A stretch of 64,000 nucleotides of DNA from an uncultured Bifidobacteriaceae bacterium (lineage in GTDB: Bacteria > Acidobacteriota > Vicinamibacteria > Vicinamibacterales > UBA2999): positions 80,435 to 144,434 of the forward strand of contig CAYJPQ010000001.1 in the NCBI GenBank assembly GCA_964372085.1, written 5' to 3'. Of the stretch, positions 17,589 through 26,197 are shown piece after piece. The notes under the pieces were generated by a model, which was given only the letters and a program-made list of their open reading frames with translations, was not told the origin of the DNA and searched no databases. Positions within the stretch are counted from its first letter, which is position 1; each line of letters starts with the position of its first letter. The position numbers and the translations under genes were made by a program.

Positions 17589-19095
17589 AGGGATCGCCGC
17601 GGGAAAAGCGGCCGCCGAGAAGCTGGATCGCCGAGGCCCGCCCCCGCTCGTCGAGCACGAAGGTCGCCAGCGCCGGGCCGCGCCAGCGCGCCTCCCAGGC
17701 GGCCTTGAACGTGTCGTAGTGCCAGTGCTCGAGGGGACCGACCCACGCGCCGCCGTAGCGCGCGTGGAGGCGCCCGCCATCAACGGTCACCACCACTTCG
17801 CCGCGCAGCGCGTCGCGGTAGGTACCGGCATACTCGGCAAGCGGCAGTGAGGGTTTCGTCCCCGCCACGCGCGCCTCCTCCACCTTGCGCCGGGCCTCAT
17901 CGCCTTCACGCTCGAGGCCGTCGTAGAGCCCCTTGAGCTCGACGCTCCAGTCGCGGCGGGCGCCGCCGATGTAGCGGTCGAAGACGTCGAGCACGATTGC
18001 GTGCCTCACCTCGGCGTGGTCGCGATTGGCCAGCACCATCACGCCCAGCCGCTCGTCGCGAAGCAGCGCGTGGATGGCCACCATGCCGTCGATGCTGCCC
18101 GTGTGAAAGTCCACCGCCCGGCCGCGGTAATCCTGCTGGAACCAGCCGAGCCCGTAGGTCGTCCACTTCGGCTTGGTCAGCCGCGCGGTCGGGTAGAACG
18201 CTTCGGCGGTCACGATCGTCTGCGGCTTGAACAGCTCGGCGACCGTGCCGGGCTGGAGAAGCACGGCCCCGCCGGCGGCGCCGCCGTTCAGCAGCATCCC
18301 CATCCAGCGCGACATCTCGCTGACGCTCGACCACACGCTGCCGGCCGCCGCCACGTTGTCGACACTCGCGTTCTCGATCGGGACCAGCGCGCCACCGACC
18401 ATGGCGTGGGGCCGCGCCACGTTCGGCCTCGTGGCAAGCGCCGCCGCGGTCGGCTGCGTGTCGGTCATGCCGAGCGGATCGAGCACGCGCGCGCGCAGCA
18501 TCTCGTCCCACGGCCGGCCGCCGACCGCCTCGACGAGCGCGCCCGCCGCGGCGTACATCACATTCTGGTAGACGAACGAGGCCCTGAACGAGTAGGCCGG
18601 CTCGATGAGCGCCGCGCGCTGGAGGATCTCGCGCGCGTTGGCCGCCTGGCCGTACCAGAGGAAGTCGGCGTTGCCCAACCCGGCCCGGTGCGTCAGCACG
18701 TCGCGCACCGTTACCTCGCGTGTCGCGTACGGATCCTTCAAGCGGAACCACGGCAGGTGGCGCGCGACCGGATCGTCCCACGAGACCTTCTTCTCGTCGA
18801 CCAGCATGCCCACGAGCGCCGCGGTCATGGCCTTGGTCGTCGACCCGATGGCGAAGAGCGTGCGGTCGTCGACGGGGTCGGCCGCCCGGAGCGCGCGCAC
18901 GCCGTAGCCCTTGCTGAAGACGACCTGCCCGTCCTTCATCACGAGCACGGCCAGCCCAGGCACCTTCCAGTCGGCCACGGCCCGCGCCACCCACGGGTCG
19001 AACCCGTCGAGCGGCGCCTGGGCCAGCGCGGGGCGCGCGGCCGCGAGGGCGCAAACAAGTGCGAGCAGCGAGGCGATGAGCGTCGAGCGGCGCAT
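17587..19095 (-). CDS. serine hydrolase, beta-lactamase/transpeptidase-like (class C family), secreted
   Basis: 502 aa with signal peptide. SxxK (GSTTKAM) and YxN (YQNVMY) motifs, plus an extra C-terminal beta domain. Confidence 0.88.
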   Translation of the reverse strand: MRRSTLIASLLALVCALAAARPALAQAPLDGFDPWVARAVADWKVPGLAVLVMKDGQVVFSKGYGVRALRAADPVDDRTLFAIGSTTKAMTAALVGMLVDEKKVSWDDPVARHLPWFRLKDPYATREVTVRDVLTHRAGLGNADFLWYGQAANAREILQRAALIEPAYSFRASFVYQNVMYAAAGALVEAVGGRPWDEMLRARVLDPLGMTDTQPTAAALATRPNVARPHAMVGGALVPIENASVDNVAAAGSVWSSVSEMSRWMGMLLNGGAAGGAVLLQPGTVAELFKPQTIVTAEAFYPTARLTKPKWTTYGLGWFQQDYRGRAVDFHTGSIDGMVAIHALLRDERLGVMVLANRDHAEVRHAIVLDVFDRYIGGARRDWSVELKGLYDGLEREGDEARRKVEEARVAGTKPSLPLAEYAGTYRDALRGEVVVTVDGGRLHARYGGAWVGPLEHWHYDTFKAAWEARWRGPALATFVLDERGRASAIQLLGGRFSRGDP

Positions 19096-19102
19096 GGCGC
19101 GG

Positions 19103-19963
19103 CTACCGCCAGCTCGACAGTTCGTGCTCCGCGGCGATGAACGCGAGCGCCGGCCAGGCGCTCGTCGACACCGCCCGCTCGAAGTGCCTGCGCGCCGCGG
19201 CGCGCTCGTTCTCGATCAAACGGAATGCCCCGACGCCGTAGGCCAGCGTCGTCACCTCGATGTCCGAGAGGTTGGCGCCCGGCAAGTCGGACTCGCCGAT
19301 CCGGCCCTGGTAGAAGAGCAGGCGGTTGAAGTACAGCCGCGAGTTGCCTTCCACCTCGAGGCCGGGCGTCACGCGCGCGGCAAGGGCGCGCGCCTTGTCG
19401 TGCTCGCCCCCTCGGCGATACGAGAGATAGAGCCAGTCGACCGCGGCAATGCCCTTGACGATGTCGTCGCCCTTGAGCGCCAGGTTGCGCGCATAGTGGG
19501 CGGCGGCGCGGTCGTAGCGCCCGTCGAGGTATTCGAGAAGGCCGAGGTAGTAGTAGGCGTCGACGAGAGACGCGTCGAGTGCGACGGCGCGCTCCAGGTC
19601 CGCGCGCGCCAGGTCGAACTGGCGAATCGACAGCCGCCGGTGGCCGCGCTGTTGGAGCGCGAGCGCGTGGCGATCGCGGCCCGCGAGGATGCGGTCGTAC
19701 ACGGCGATGGCCTCGCGGTGATTCCAGAGGGCCGCCCACGCGTCGCCAAGCGCAAGCTGCGCCTCCACGCTCTCGGGCTCGGCCTCGGCGCGGGCGCGCG
19801 CCTTGGCGACGACGCCGTTGGCGTCGGGCAGCGACGTGTAGCTTCGGCCCGATGGGGCCGTGTACTGCGGAGCTCCCTGTCCCCCCTGCCCCTTGACGAC
19901 GGTCACCAACAACGCCAGCGCGGCAATCCCCGCCACGGCTGCGATTCGAACTCGCATGGTCAT
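19103..19963 (-). CDS. secreted TPR-repeat protein
   Basis: Internal start ATG 19963 (MTMRVRIAAVAGIAALALLVTVV), 286 aa. Repeated A..Y......A....GD..A TPR-like helices. It lies 7 nt upstream of the hydrolase gene, so it is probably co-transcribed. Confidence 0.75.
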   Translation of the reverse strand: MTMRVRIAAVAGIAALALLVTVVKGQGGQGAPQYTAPSGRSYTSLPDANGVVAKARARAEAEPESVEAQLALGDAWAALWNHREAIAVYDRILAGRDRHALALQQRGHRRLSIRQFDLARADLERAVALDASLVDAYYYLGLLEYLDGRYDRAAAHYARNLALKGDDIVKGIAAVDWLYLSYRRGGEHDKARALAARVTPGLEVEGNSRLYFNRLLFYQGRIGESDLPGANLSDIEVTTLAYGVGAFRLIENERAAARRHFERAVSTSAWPALAFIAAEHELSSWR

Positions 19964-20013
19964 GCCCCGACCCTCCCCTGGTCGGCCGGAAGTGTAGCTG
20001 ATTTCCAGGGAAC

Positions 20014-20048
20014 TTGACGTCACTGTCGACCGTAGTCTATTATGACTA
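20014..20048 (+). promoter_or_regulatory. candidate sigma-70 promoter with overlapping inverted repeat (possible TetR operator)
   Basis: TTGACG (20014-20019), an 18-nt spacer, then TATTAT (20038-20043). The -10 element is bracketed by TAGTC (20033-20037) and GACTA (20044-20048). This is the AT-richest patch of the divergent spacer. Confidence 0.3.
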
Positions 20049-20074
20049 TGGTCATTTGTGGAAATTGGTCGCCT

Positions 20075-20680
20075 ATGAGCACACTTCAACCGTCTCGCGT
20101 CGAGCGCCGGATGCAGCAGACCCGGGAGCGGATCTACCGCGCCGCTCTGGCGCTCTTCGAGAGGAAGGGTCTCGACGAGACGACCGTGGCCGAAATTGCC
20201 GAGGCCGCCGATGTGGGAAAGGGCACCTTCTTCACCTACTACCCCACCAAGGAATCGGTCTTCGTCGAAGTGAGCGCCGAGCTGGTGGACCGGATGACGA
20301 CGCGGCTCGAGGAGGCGTCGGCGCGGGGCGCGTCGTTCGAGGCGCGCGTGGCGGCCTACTTTGCCCCCGCCATCGAGTGGCACGCGAGCCACCCGGTGCT
20401 GAGCCGCGCGATGCTCGCAGCCTTCGTCCGGGATGCGGCGTATGTGAGCGCCGACCGCCCGCTGCAGCAGCGTCTCTACGAGCGGCTCGGGCGCCTGCTG
20501 GCCGAGGCGCAGGCCAGAGGCGACGTCAGCGCCGGCATCGCCGTCGAGTCCGCGGTGACCGCGCTCAGCGGCACTTACTTCGGCAGCCTGGGCGCCTGGC
20601 ACGCCGCCGGGGCGCACACGCCGCTGCAAGCCGACTTCGAGCGCTCGATCGCGATCGTGCTGAGGGGGCTGAGGCCATGA
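20075..20680 (+). CDS. TetR/AcrR family transcriptional regulator
   Basis: HTH signature ETTVAEIAEAADVGKGTFFTYYPTKE. The start is set at ATG 20075 (MSTLQPS...) because the track start at 20042 lies inside the putative -10/operator. The stop overlaps the next gene (ATGA). Confidence 0.88.
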   Translation: MSTLQPSRVERRMQQTRERIYRAALALFERKGLDETTVAEIAEAADVGKGTFFTYYPTKESVFVEVSAELVDRMTTRLEEASARGASFEARVAAYFAPAIEWHASHPVLSRAMLAAFVRDAAYVSADRPLQQRLYERLGRLLAEAQARGDVSAGIAVESAVTALSGTYFGSLGAWHAAGAHTPLQADFERSIAIVLRGLRP

Positions 20681-21975
20681 CACTCCGGGGGACGCTCCGG
20701 GCGGCGCTCGTCCGCGTCCTGTGGCTGCTGGTGCCGGTGGCGCCGGCAGCCGCGTTCGCCCAGGACGCTGGCGGGCCGCCGCTCGCCGTGCGCGCCAACG
20801 TCCAGTGGATCGGCGCCGCGATGGCGGCCACTCCGGCCGAGACCTGGCTGAACCCGGCCAACGGCGTGCTGGGCATCCCCCAGGCCACGTGGCTCGGCGA
20901 GGCGCGAGGGGACATCCGCGTGAGCCGCGGCGACCGCCTGCGCCTGGTGCTGCGTCCTAGGGTGCGCGCGTCGGCGGAGGGCACCCGCGCCGGAGATCTC
21001 GCGCGCGCGTGGAACCACGAAGCGACCTTCGAGATGACCGAGGCGTATCTGGCGTGGCGGCCCTCCGATTCGGTGGGGGTCACCTACGGCCTGCAGAACT
21101 TCCAGTGGGGCCCGTCGGAACTGATGAGCCCGAGCAACCGGCTCTTCCACGAGATCGGCGTGTTCCGCGATCCGCTCTACTCGGTGCGAGGCAAGCACCT
21201 GCTGCGACTCAACCTCTCGGCGGGCCGCCAGTGGAGCCTCGTGGCGCTCGGCGAGCTTGGCGCCACGAGCGAAGCGCCGTTTCGCGCGGGCGCGCCCTTC
21301 CGCCGCGCGGCCCAGGCCAAGGTCGAGTACACGACCGCGTCGGGCGCGCATTACGTCGGCCTCACCGCGGGCGTGCGCGGCGGCGAGCCGCCGTGGGCGG
21401 GTGGGTACGCTGCCTTCGAGCTGCCCGCGGGCGTGTCGCTCTACGCCGACTTCTCCGTTCAGCAGGGCTCGCAGGCCTGGTACCCGGTGGACGGCGCCGC
21501 GGGCCGCCTCGCGTTCGACACCTCCGATCGCCGCGGCGAACTGCGCGGCCTCGCGCTCGGTGGCGTGCGCTACACCCACTCGGGGTCCTTCGACGCGCGC
21601 CTCGAGGTACTCGGCCACGGCGCCGGCTACACGCGCGCGCAGGTATCGGTCGCGCCGCTCGCCGTCGCCGCCGACCCGTCGCCCGAATCGGTGGCTCGCT
21701 GGCTCAACCCGGGCCTCGAGTTCCTGGGCCGCTCCGTCGTGCTCGTGGCGTTGTCGGGCCACGACCTGCTGGCGGCCGACCGGGTGGACGTGCTTGCCCG
21801 CTACGTGGGCTCGCTCACCGATCGCTCCGGCGCCGCGTTCGCCACGACGACGGTCGACCTGGCCGGCGCCGTCGTCGCCTTCGGCTCGCTGCTCGTGACC
21901 CACGGCGGCGAGCTCACCGAGTTTGCCCGCCTTGCCGGCGCCGCCGCGGTCGCCGGCCTCATCTGGAGCTGGTGA
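20677..21975 (+). CDS. putative outer-membrane beta-barrel protein (uncharacterised)
   Basis: Internal ATG 20677 (MTLRGTLRAALVRVLWLLVPVAPAAAFAQ signal peptide), 432 aa. Alternating beta-strand-like pattern and a terminal aromatic (IWSW). Translationally coupled to the TetR gene. Confidence 0.7.
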   Translation: MTLRGTLRAALVRVLWLLVPVAPAAAFAQDAGGPPLAVRANVQWIGAAMAATPAETWLNPANGVLGIPQATWLGEARGDIRVSRGDRLRLVLRPRVRASAEGTRAGDLARAWNHEATFEMTEAYLAWRPSDSVGVTYGLQNFQWGPSELMSPSNRLFHEIGVFRDPLYSVRGKHLLRLNLSAGRQWSLVALGELGATSEAPFRAGAPFRRAAQAKVEYTTASGAHYVGLTAGVRGGEPPWAGGYAAFELPAGVSLYADFSVQQGSQAWYPVDGAAGRLAFDTSDRRGELRGLALGGVRYTHSGSFDARLEVLGHGAGYTRAQVSVAPLAVAADPSPESVARWLNPGLEFLGRSVVLVALSGHDLLAADRVDVLARYVGSLTDRSGAAFATTTVDLAGAVVAFGSLLVTHGGELTEFARLAGAAAVAGLIWSW

Positions 21976-21978
21976 GTC

Positions 21979-22689
21979 ATGTCCACGCCGTTCATCTCGC
22001 TCGTCGACGTTCACAAGTCTTACCGCCTCGGCGACACGCGCGTGCGCGCGCTCGCCGGCGCGTCGCTCGATCTGCATCGCGGCGAGTTCACCGCGCTCGT
22101 CGGCCCGTCGGGCTCCGGCAAGAGCACCCTGCTCAACATGGTGGGTCTCATCGACCAACCCGACACGGGCGGCGTCATGCTCGAGGGCCGCGACGTCTCG
22201 CGATGGTCGGACGACGACCGCGCGCGGCTGCGCAACGAGAAGATCGGCTTCATCTTCCAGTCGTTCAACCTTATTCCGGTGCTCACCGTCTACGAAAACG
22301 TCGAGCTGCCCCTGCTCATCAACACGGCGATACCCGTGAACGAACGCCGCGGCCGCATCGAGCAGGCGCTCGCCGACGTGCACCTCTCCGACTTCGCGCG
22401 CCAGCTCCCCGACAAGCTCTCCGGCGGTCAGCGCCAGCGGGTGGCCATCGCGCGCGCGCTCGTCACGTCTCCGCTCCTCGTGCTGGCCGACGAGCCCACG
22501 GCCAACCTCGATTCCGAGACGACCCACCGCATCGTAGACCTGATGCTGGCGCTCAACCAGAGCCGGCAGGTGACGTTCCTCTTCTCGACCCACGACGAGA
22601 AGCTCATGTCGCGCGTCGCGCGCGTCGTGCACATCGTGGACGGCGCCATCGCGGAGGCGGCGGCCGTAGCGGCCGGGGGGCGCGCATGA
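21979..22689 (+). CDS. ABC transporter ATP-binding protein (MacB/LolD-type)
   Basis: 236 aa. Walker A GPSGSGKST, signature LSGGQRQRVAIARAL, Walker B LLVLADEPT. Confidence 0.93.
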   Translation: MSTPFISLVDVHKSYRLGDTRVRALAGASLDLHRGEFTALVGPSGSGKSTLLNMVGLIDQPDTGGVMLEGRDVSRWSDDDRARLRNEKIGFIFQSFNLIPVLTVYENVELPLLINTAIPVNERRGRIEQALADVHLSDFARQLPDKLSGGQRQRVAIARALVTSPLLVLADEPTANLDSETTHRIVDLMLALNQSRQVTFLFSTHDEKLMSRVARVVHIVDGAIAEAAAVAAGGRA

Positions 22690-24047
22690 GGGGCGCCTGG
22701 CGCATCGCGGCGCGCAACCTCGGGCGCAACCGCCGGCGCAACCTGGCCACCGGCCTCGCCGTGGCTCTGGGTTTTGCCGGGCTCGCGCTGCTCGGCGGCT
22801 ACGTCACGCGCGTCGAGGCCTTCCTCCGCACCAATGCGGTCTACCTGCAGCACGGCGGGCACGTCGCCGTGTACGGCCGCGGCGGCCTCGACCGCGCCGT
22901 GGCCCGGCCGTCGCGGTACAGCCTCTCGGCGGCCGACCAGGCCGCCATCACCAGCGCCGTGGCCGGCGATGCGCGCGTGGCCTTCGTCGCGCCCTACCTG
23001 CGCGGCATGGGGCTCGCGGGCAACGGCTGCCGCAGCCTCCCGTTCTCGGCGCTCGGCATCGACCCGGCGCTCGAAGCGCGCATCCTGGCGCACCCCGACG
23101 TCATCCGCTACAGCCCCGACCTGGCCCGGCCGCTCAGGGGGCGCCACCTGTTCGAGACCGAATCGGTCGGCGACCGCGTGGCCCTGGCCGCGGGGCTGGC
23201 CGCGCTGCTCGGCAAGTCGCGCGTGCTCGACGACTTCGCGGGAGAGGTGCCGATCGTGCGCGTGCCCGTCTGCGCGGGGCCGGAGCGGGCGGGGTCGCTC
23301 GCCGCCGACGCCAACGTGCAACTGGCCGGCCTGGCCTTTGACGGCTCGATGGCGGCGCTCGACGCCGAGGTCGTCGCGCTCTTCCACACGCCGTCGACCG
23401 ACACCGAGGACCAGGCGCTCCACGTGCCCCTCGCCACGCTGCGGCGGCTCTACGACACCGACGCGGCCACCTACGTCGCGCTCTTCCTGCACGACTGGCG
23501 CGACGCGCCGCGGGTGGCGGCCGGCCTCAGGACGCGTCTCGCCGCGGCCGGCGTGGCGGCCGAGGTCCACGAGTACTCCGATGGCCGCGTCAACCCGTAC
23601 TACACCGGCACGATGGCCTTCCTCGGCTCGATGGCCGGCTTCATCGTGCTGGTCGTCTCCGCGGTCGTCGTGCTCGGCGTGATGAACGCGACGACGCTGA
23701 CCGTCTACGAGCGCAGCCGCGAGCTGGGCACGCTCAGGGCCGTGGGGTTCACGCGCCGCCAGGCGGCCGGCCTCGTCGTGCGCGAGGTCGCGCTCGTGGC
23801 CGCGCTCGGCATCGCCGCCGGGTTCGTGCTGGCCCACGCCGTGGCGGCCGCCGTCGTGCAGGCCGATGTGCGCGTCAGCCCGCCGGGCGTGCCGGGCACG
23901 CTGCAGGTGGTGGTGACGCCGCCGGCCATGGTGGCGCTCGCGCTGGCCGCCGCGCTCGTGCCGCTGGCGCTCGTCGTGGCCTGGGCCGTGGCCCGGCGGC
24001 GGCTGGCCGAGCGCACCGCCGACCTGCTCATCGCCGTCAACGCCTGA
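22686..24047 (+). CDS. ABC transporter permease, FtsX/MacB-like
   Basis: Internal ATG 22686 overlaps the ATPase stop (ATGA). 453 aa. N-terminal WRIAARNLGRNRRRN, a large periplasmic loop, and a C-terminal FtsX-type 3-TM bundle. Confidence 0.88.
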   Translation: MRGAWRIAARNLGRNRRRNLATGLAVALGFAGLALLGGYVTRVEAFLRTNAVYLQHGGHVAVYGRGGLDRAVARPSRYSLSAADQAAITSAVAGDARVAFVAPYLRGMGLAGNGCRSLPFSALGIDPALEARILAHPDVIRYSPDLARPLRGRHLFETESVGDRVALAAGLAALLGKSRVLDDFAGEVPIVRVPVCAGPERAGSLAADANVQLAGLAFDGSMAALDAEVVALFHTPSTDTEDQALHVPLATLRRLYDTDAATYVALFLHDWRDAPRVAAGLRTRLAAAGVAAEVHEYSDGRVNPYYTGTMAFLGSMAGFIVLVVSAVVVLGVMNATTLTVYERSRELGTLRAVGFTRRQAAGLVVREVALVAALGIAAGFVLAHAVAAAVVQADVRVSPPGVPGTLQVVVTPPAMVALALAAALVPLALVVAWAVARRRLAERTADLLIAVNA

Positions 24048-24069
24048 GATCGAGAAGGAGTCGTCCGTC

Positions 24070-24834
24070 ATGTTTCGCTCCCCGCGTTCCGCTGCCGCCG
24101 GCCTCTCCGCCGTGCTGCTGTTCTTCGTGATCGCCGCCGCAACGCCCGGCGCGCAGGCGCCCGAGGTCGACGCGCTGCTGCGCGACACCGACCGCGCCCG
24201 CGGCGGCGTCGCCACGGGCATCACCTGGACCACCACCGTCGAGGCCGACGAGGACGGCCGCACCTCGGTGCGCACCTTCCTCGTCAAGGCGCGCGGCGAC
24301 GATGCGCTGGTCGAATCGCTCGCGCCGGCGAGGCACAAGGGTGAGACCATGCTGTTCAACGACCGCGTGATCTGGTTCGTCAAGCCCGGCCTGCGGCGCC
24401 CCGTGTCGATCTCGGCCCGACAGCGGCTGTCGGGCGACGCCGCCAACGGCGACATCGCCAGCACGAACTACGCGCGCGACTACGAGGGCGTGCTCGAGGG
24501 CGAGGAGACCCTCGGCGGCGAACCGACGTACCGGCTGGCGCTCAAGGCCCGGTCGAAGCAGGTCACCTACGACCGGATCACCTACTGGGTCGCCAAGCGG
24601 CGGCGCCTCGCGGTGAAGGCTGCGTTTCTCACCGTGGGCGGCGATGTCTTCAAGACCGCCACGTTCGAATACGGCAACACGCTGGCCTCATCCGGCGGTC
24701 CGCTGCCCTTCGTGAGCCGCATGACGATCACCGACGCCACGGGCGCGGGCACGGTGACGCGCATCACCTTCGACCAGCCGCGCGCCGAGACGCACGCGCC
24801 GAGCCTCTTCAACATCAACAACGTGCTCCGCTGA
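24070..24834 (+). CDS. LolA-like outer-membrane lipoprotein-sorting family protein, secreted
   Basis: 254 aa with signal peptide. Sequence of the type GEPTYRLALKARSKQVTYDRITYWVAKRRRLAVKAAF, as seen in LolA_like proteins encoded between FtsX permease genes. Confidence 0.75.
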   Translation: MFRSPRSAAAGLSAVLLFFVIAAATPGAQAPEVDALLRDTDRARGGVATGITWTTTVEADEDGRTSVRTFLVKARGDDALVESLAPARHKGETMLFNDRVIWFVKPGLRRPVSISARQRLSGDAANGDIASTNYARDYEGVLEGEETLGGEPTYRLALKARSKQVTYDRITYWVAKRRRLAVKAAFLTVGGDVFKTATFEYGNTLASSGGPLPFVSRMTITDATGAGTVTRITFDQPRAETHAPSLFNINNVLR

Positions 24835-24853
24835 CACGGTACGGACCGACGCC

Positions 24854-26185
24854 ATGACCAGACTGCCGCTCGCTCGCATCGCGTGGCGCAACGTGCGCCG
24901 CAACTGGCGCCACAGCCTCGGCTCGATGCTCTCCATCGTCGTGGGCTTCGTGGCCATCGCGCTCTTCCAGGGCTACCTGGGCGACCTCGAGGACATCCAG
25001 GCCCGCTGGAACGAAGAGCGGGGCATGCTGGGTTCGCTCGTCGTCGAGCGCGAGGGCGCCTCGAGCGGCGAGGGGCGACAGGACCCGATGGCTTTCGCGC
25101 TCTCGTCGGCCGACCAGGCGTTTGTCGACGGCTTCATCGAGGAACGGCGCGCCGAGATCGCCGCGCGCATGAGGGTGCTGGCCGTCGGGGGCCTCGTCTC
25201 GGCCGGCCGGGCCTCGGCGATGTTCGTCGGCTGGGGGCACGACGTCGACGAGGCCGCGCGCATGCGCGGCGACTGGACGTGGAACGCGGTGGCCGGGCGG
25301 CCGCTGCACCTCGCCGAGCCGCGCGAGGCCGTGCTGCTCGGCGGACGGTTGGCGCGGCTGCTCGACTGCGATGGCCCGCCGGTGACGGCGGCCGTCGGCC
25401 GCGGCGGCGGCTTCATCGCCGCCGAGCGGGCCTTCTCGTGCCCCGGGCCCCGCGTGCAACTCTCCTCGGCCACGGCCTCGGGTCAGTTGAACGCCGTCGA
25501 CCTGCCGGTGGCCGGGCTCTTCGACGCGGGCCTCGGCGAGCTCGACGCACGCTTCGTGCTGATGCCGCTGCCGGTGGCCCAGCAACTGCTCGACACCGAC
25601 GAGGTGTCGGCGTATCACGTTGCGCTCGTCGACCGCGGCCCCGAGGCGGCGCGCCGCTTCGCGGCTGCGTTCACCGATCGCGCGCGCACGAGCGGCCTCC
25701 CGCTCGTCGCCATCCCGTGGCGCGAGCACCTCTACGGCGACATGTATCGCAAGGGCATGGGCGTGCTCGGCATCTACCGCGCCCTCGTCATCTTCATCGT
25801 CGTCACCATCGCCGGCATGTCGGTGTTCACGACGCTGGTCAAGGCGGTCAACGAGCGGGTGCGCGAGATCGGCACGCTCCGGAGCCTCGGGTTCCGCCGC
25901 ACGCACATCGTGCAGTTGTTCACCCTCGAAGGGGCCCTGCTCTCGATCGTCTCCTCGGCGGTCGGCCTGGTCGTGGCGGCGCTCGCCGTCGCCGCCATCA
26001 ACGCCGCCGGCGTCACCTACTCGGCCGGCGTGGCCTCGCAGCCCATCCCGCTGACGGTGAGCCTGCTGGCGGGCACGGCCGCCGCGGCAGCGGCGTTCCT
26101 GGTGGCGGTGGCCGTCGGCGCGGCGTTCCTGCCGGCCCGGCGCGCGGCGCGGCTGGCAATTCCCGACGCGCTCGGCCAGGCGTGA
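24854..26185 (+). CDS. ABC transporter permease, FtsX/MacB-like (second copy)
   Basis: 443 aa. N-terminal IAWRNVRRNWRHS and C-terminal FtsX-type TM bundle. Confidence 0.88.
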   Translation: MTRLPLARIAWRNVRRNWRHSLGSMLSIVVGFVAIALFQGYLGDLEDIQARWNEERGMLGSLVVEREGASSGEGRQDPMAFALSSADQAFVDGFIEERRAEIAARMRVLAVGGLVSAGRASAMFVGWGHDVDEAARMRGDWTWNAVAGRPLHLAEPREAVLLGGRLARLLDCDGPPVTAAVGRGGGFIAAERAFSCPGPRVQLSSATASGQLNAVDLPVAGLFDAGLGELDARFVLMPLPVAQQLLDTDEVSAYHVALVDRGPEAARRFAAAFTDRARTSGLPLVAIPWREHLYGDMYRKGMGVLGIYRALVIFIVVTIAGMSVFTTLVKAVNERVREIGTLRSLGFRRTHIVQLFTLEGALLSIVSSAVGLVVAALAVAAINAAGVTYSAGVASQPIPLTVSLLAGTAAAAAAFLVAVAVGAAFLPARRAARLAIPDALGQA

Positions 26186-26197
26186 CAAGAGCCCGGC

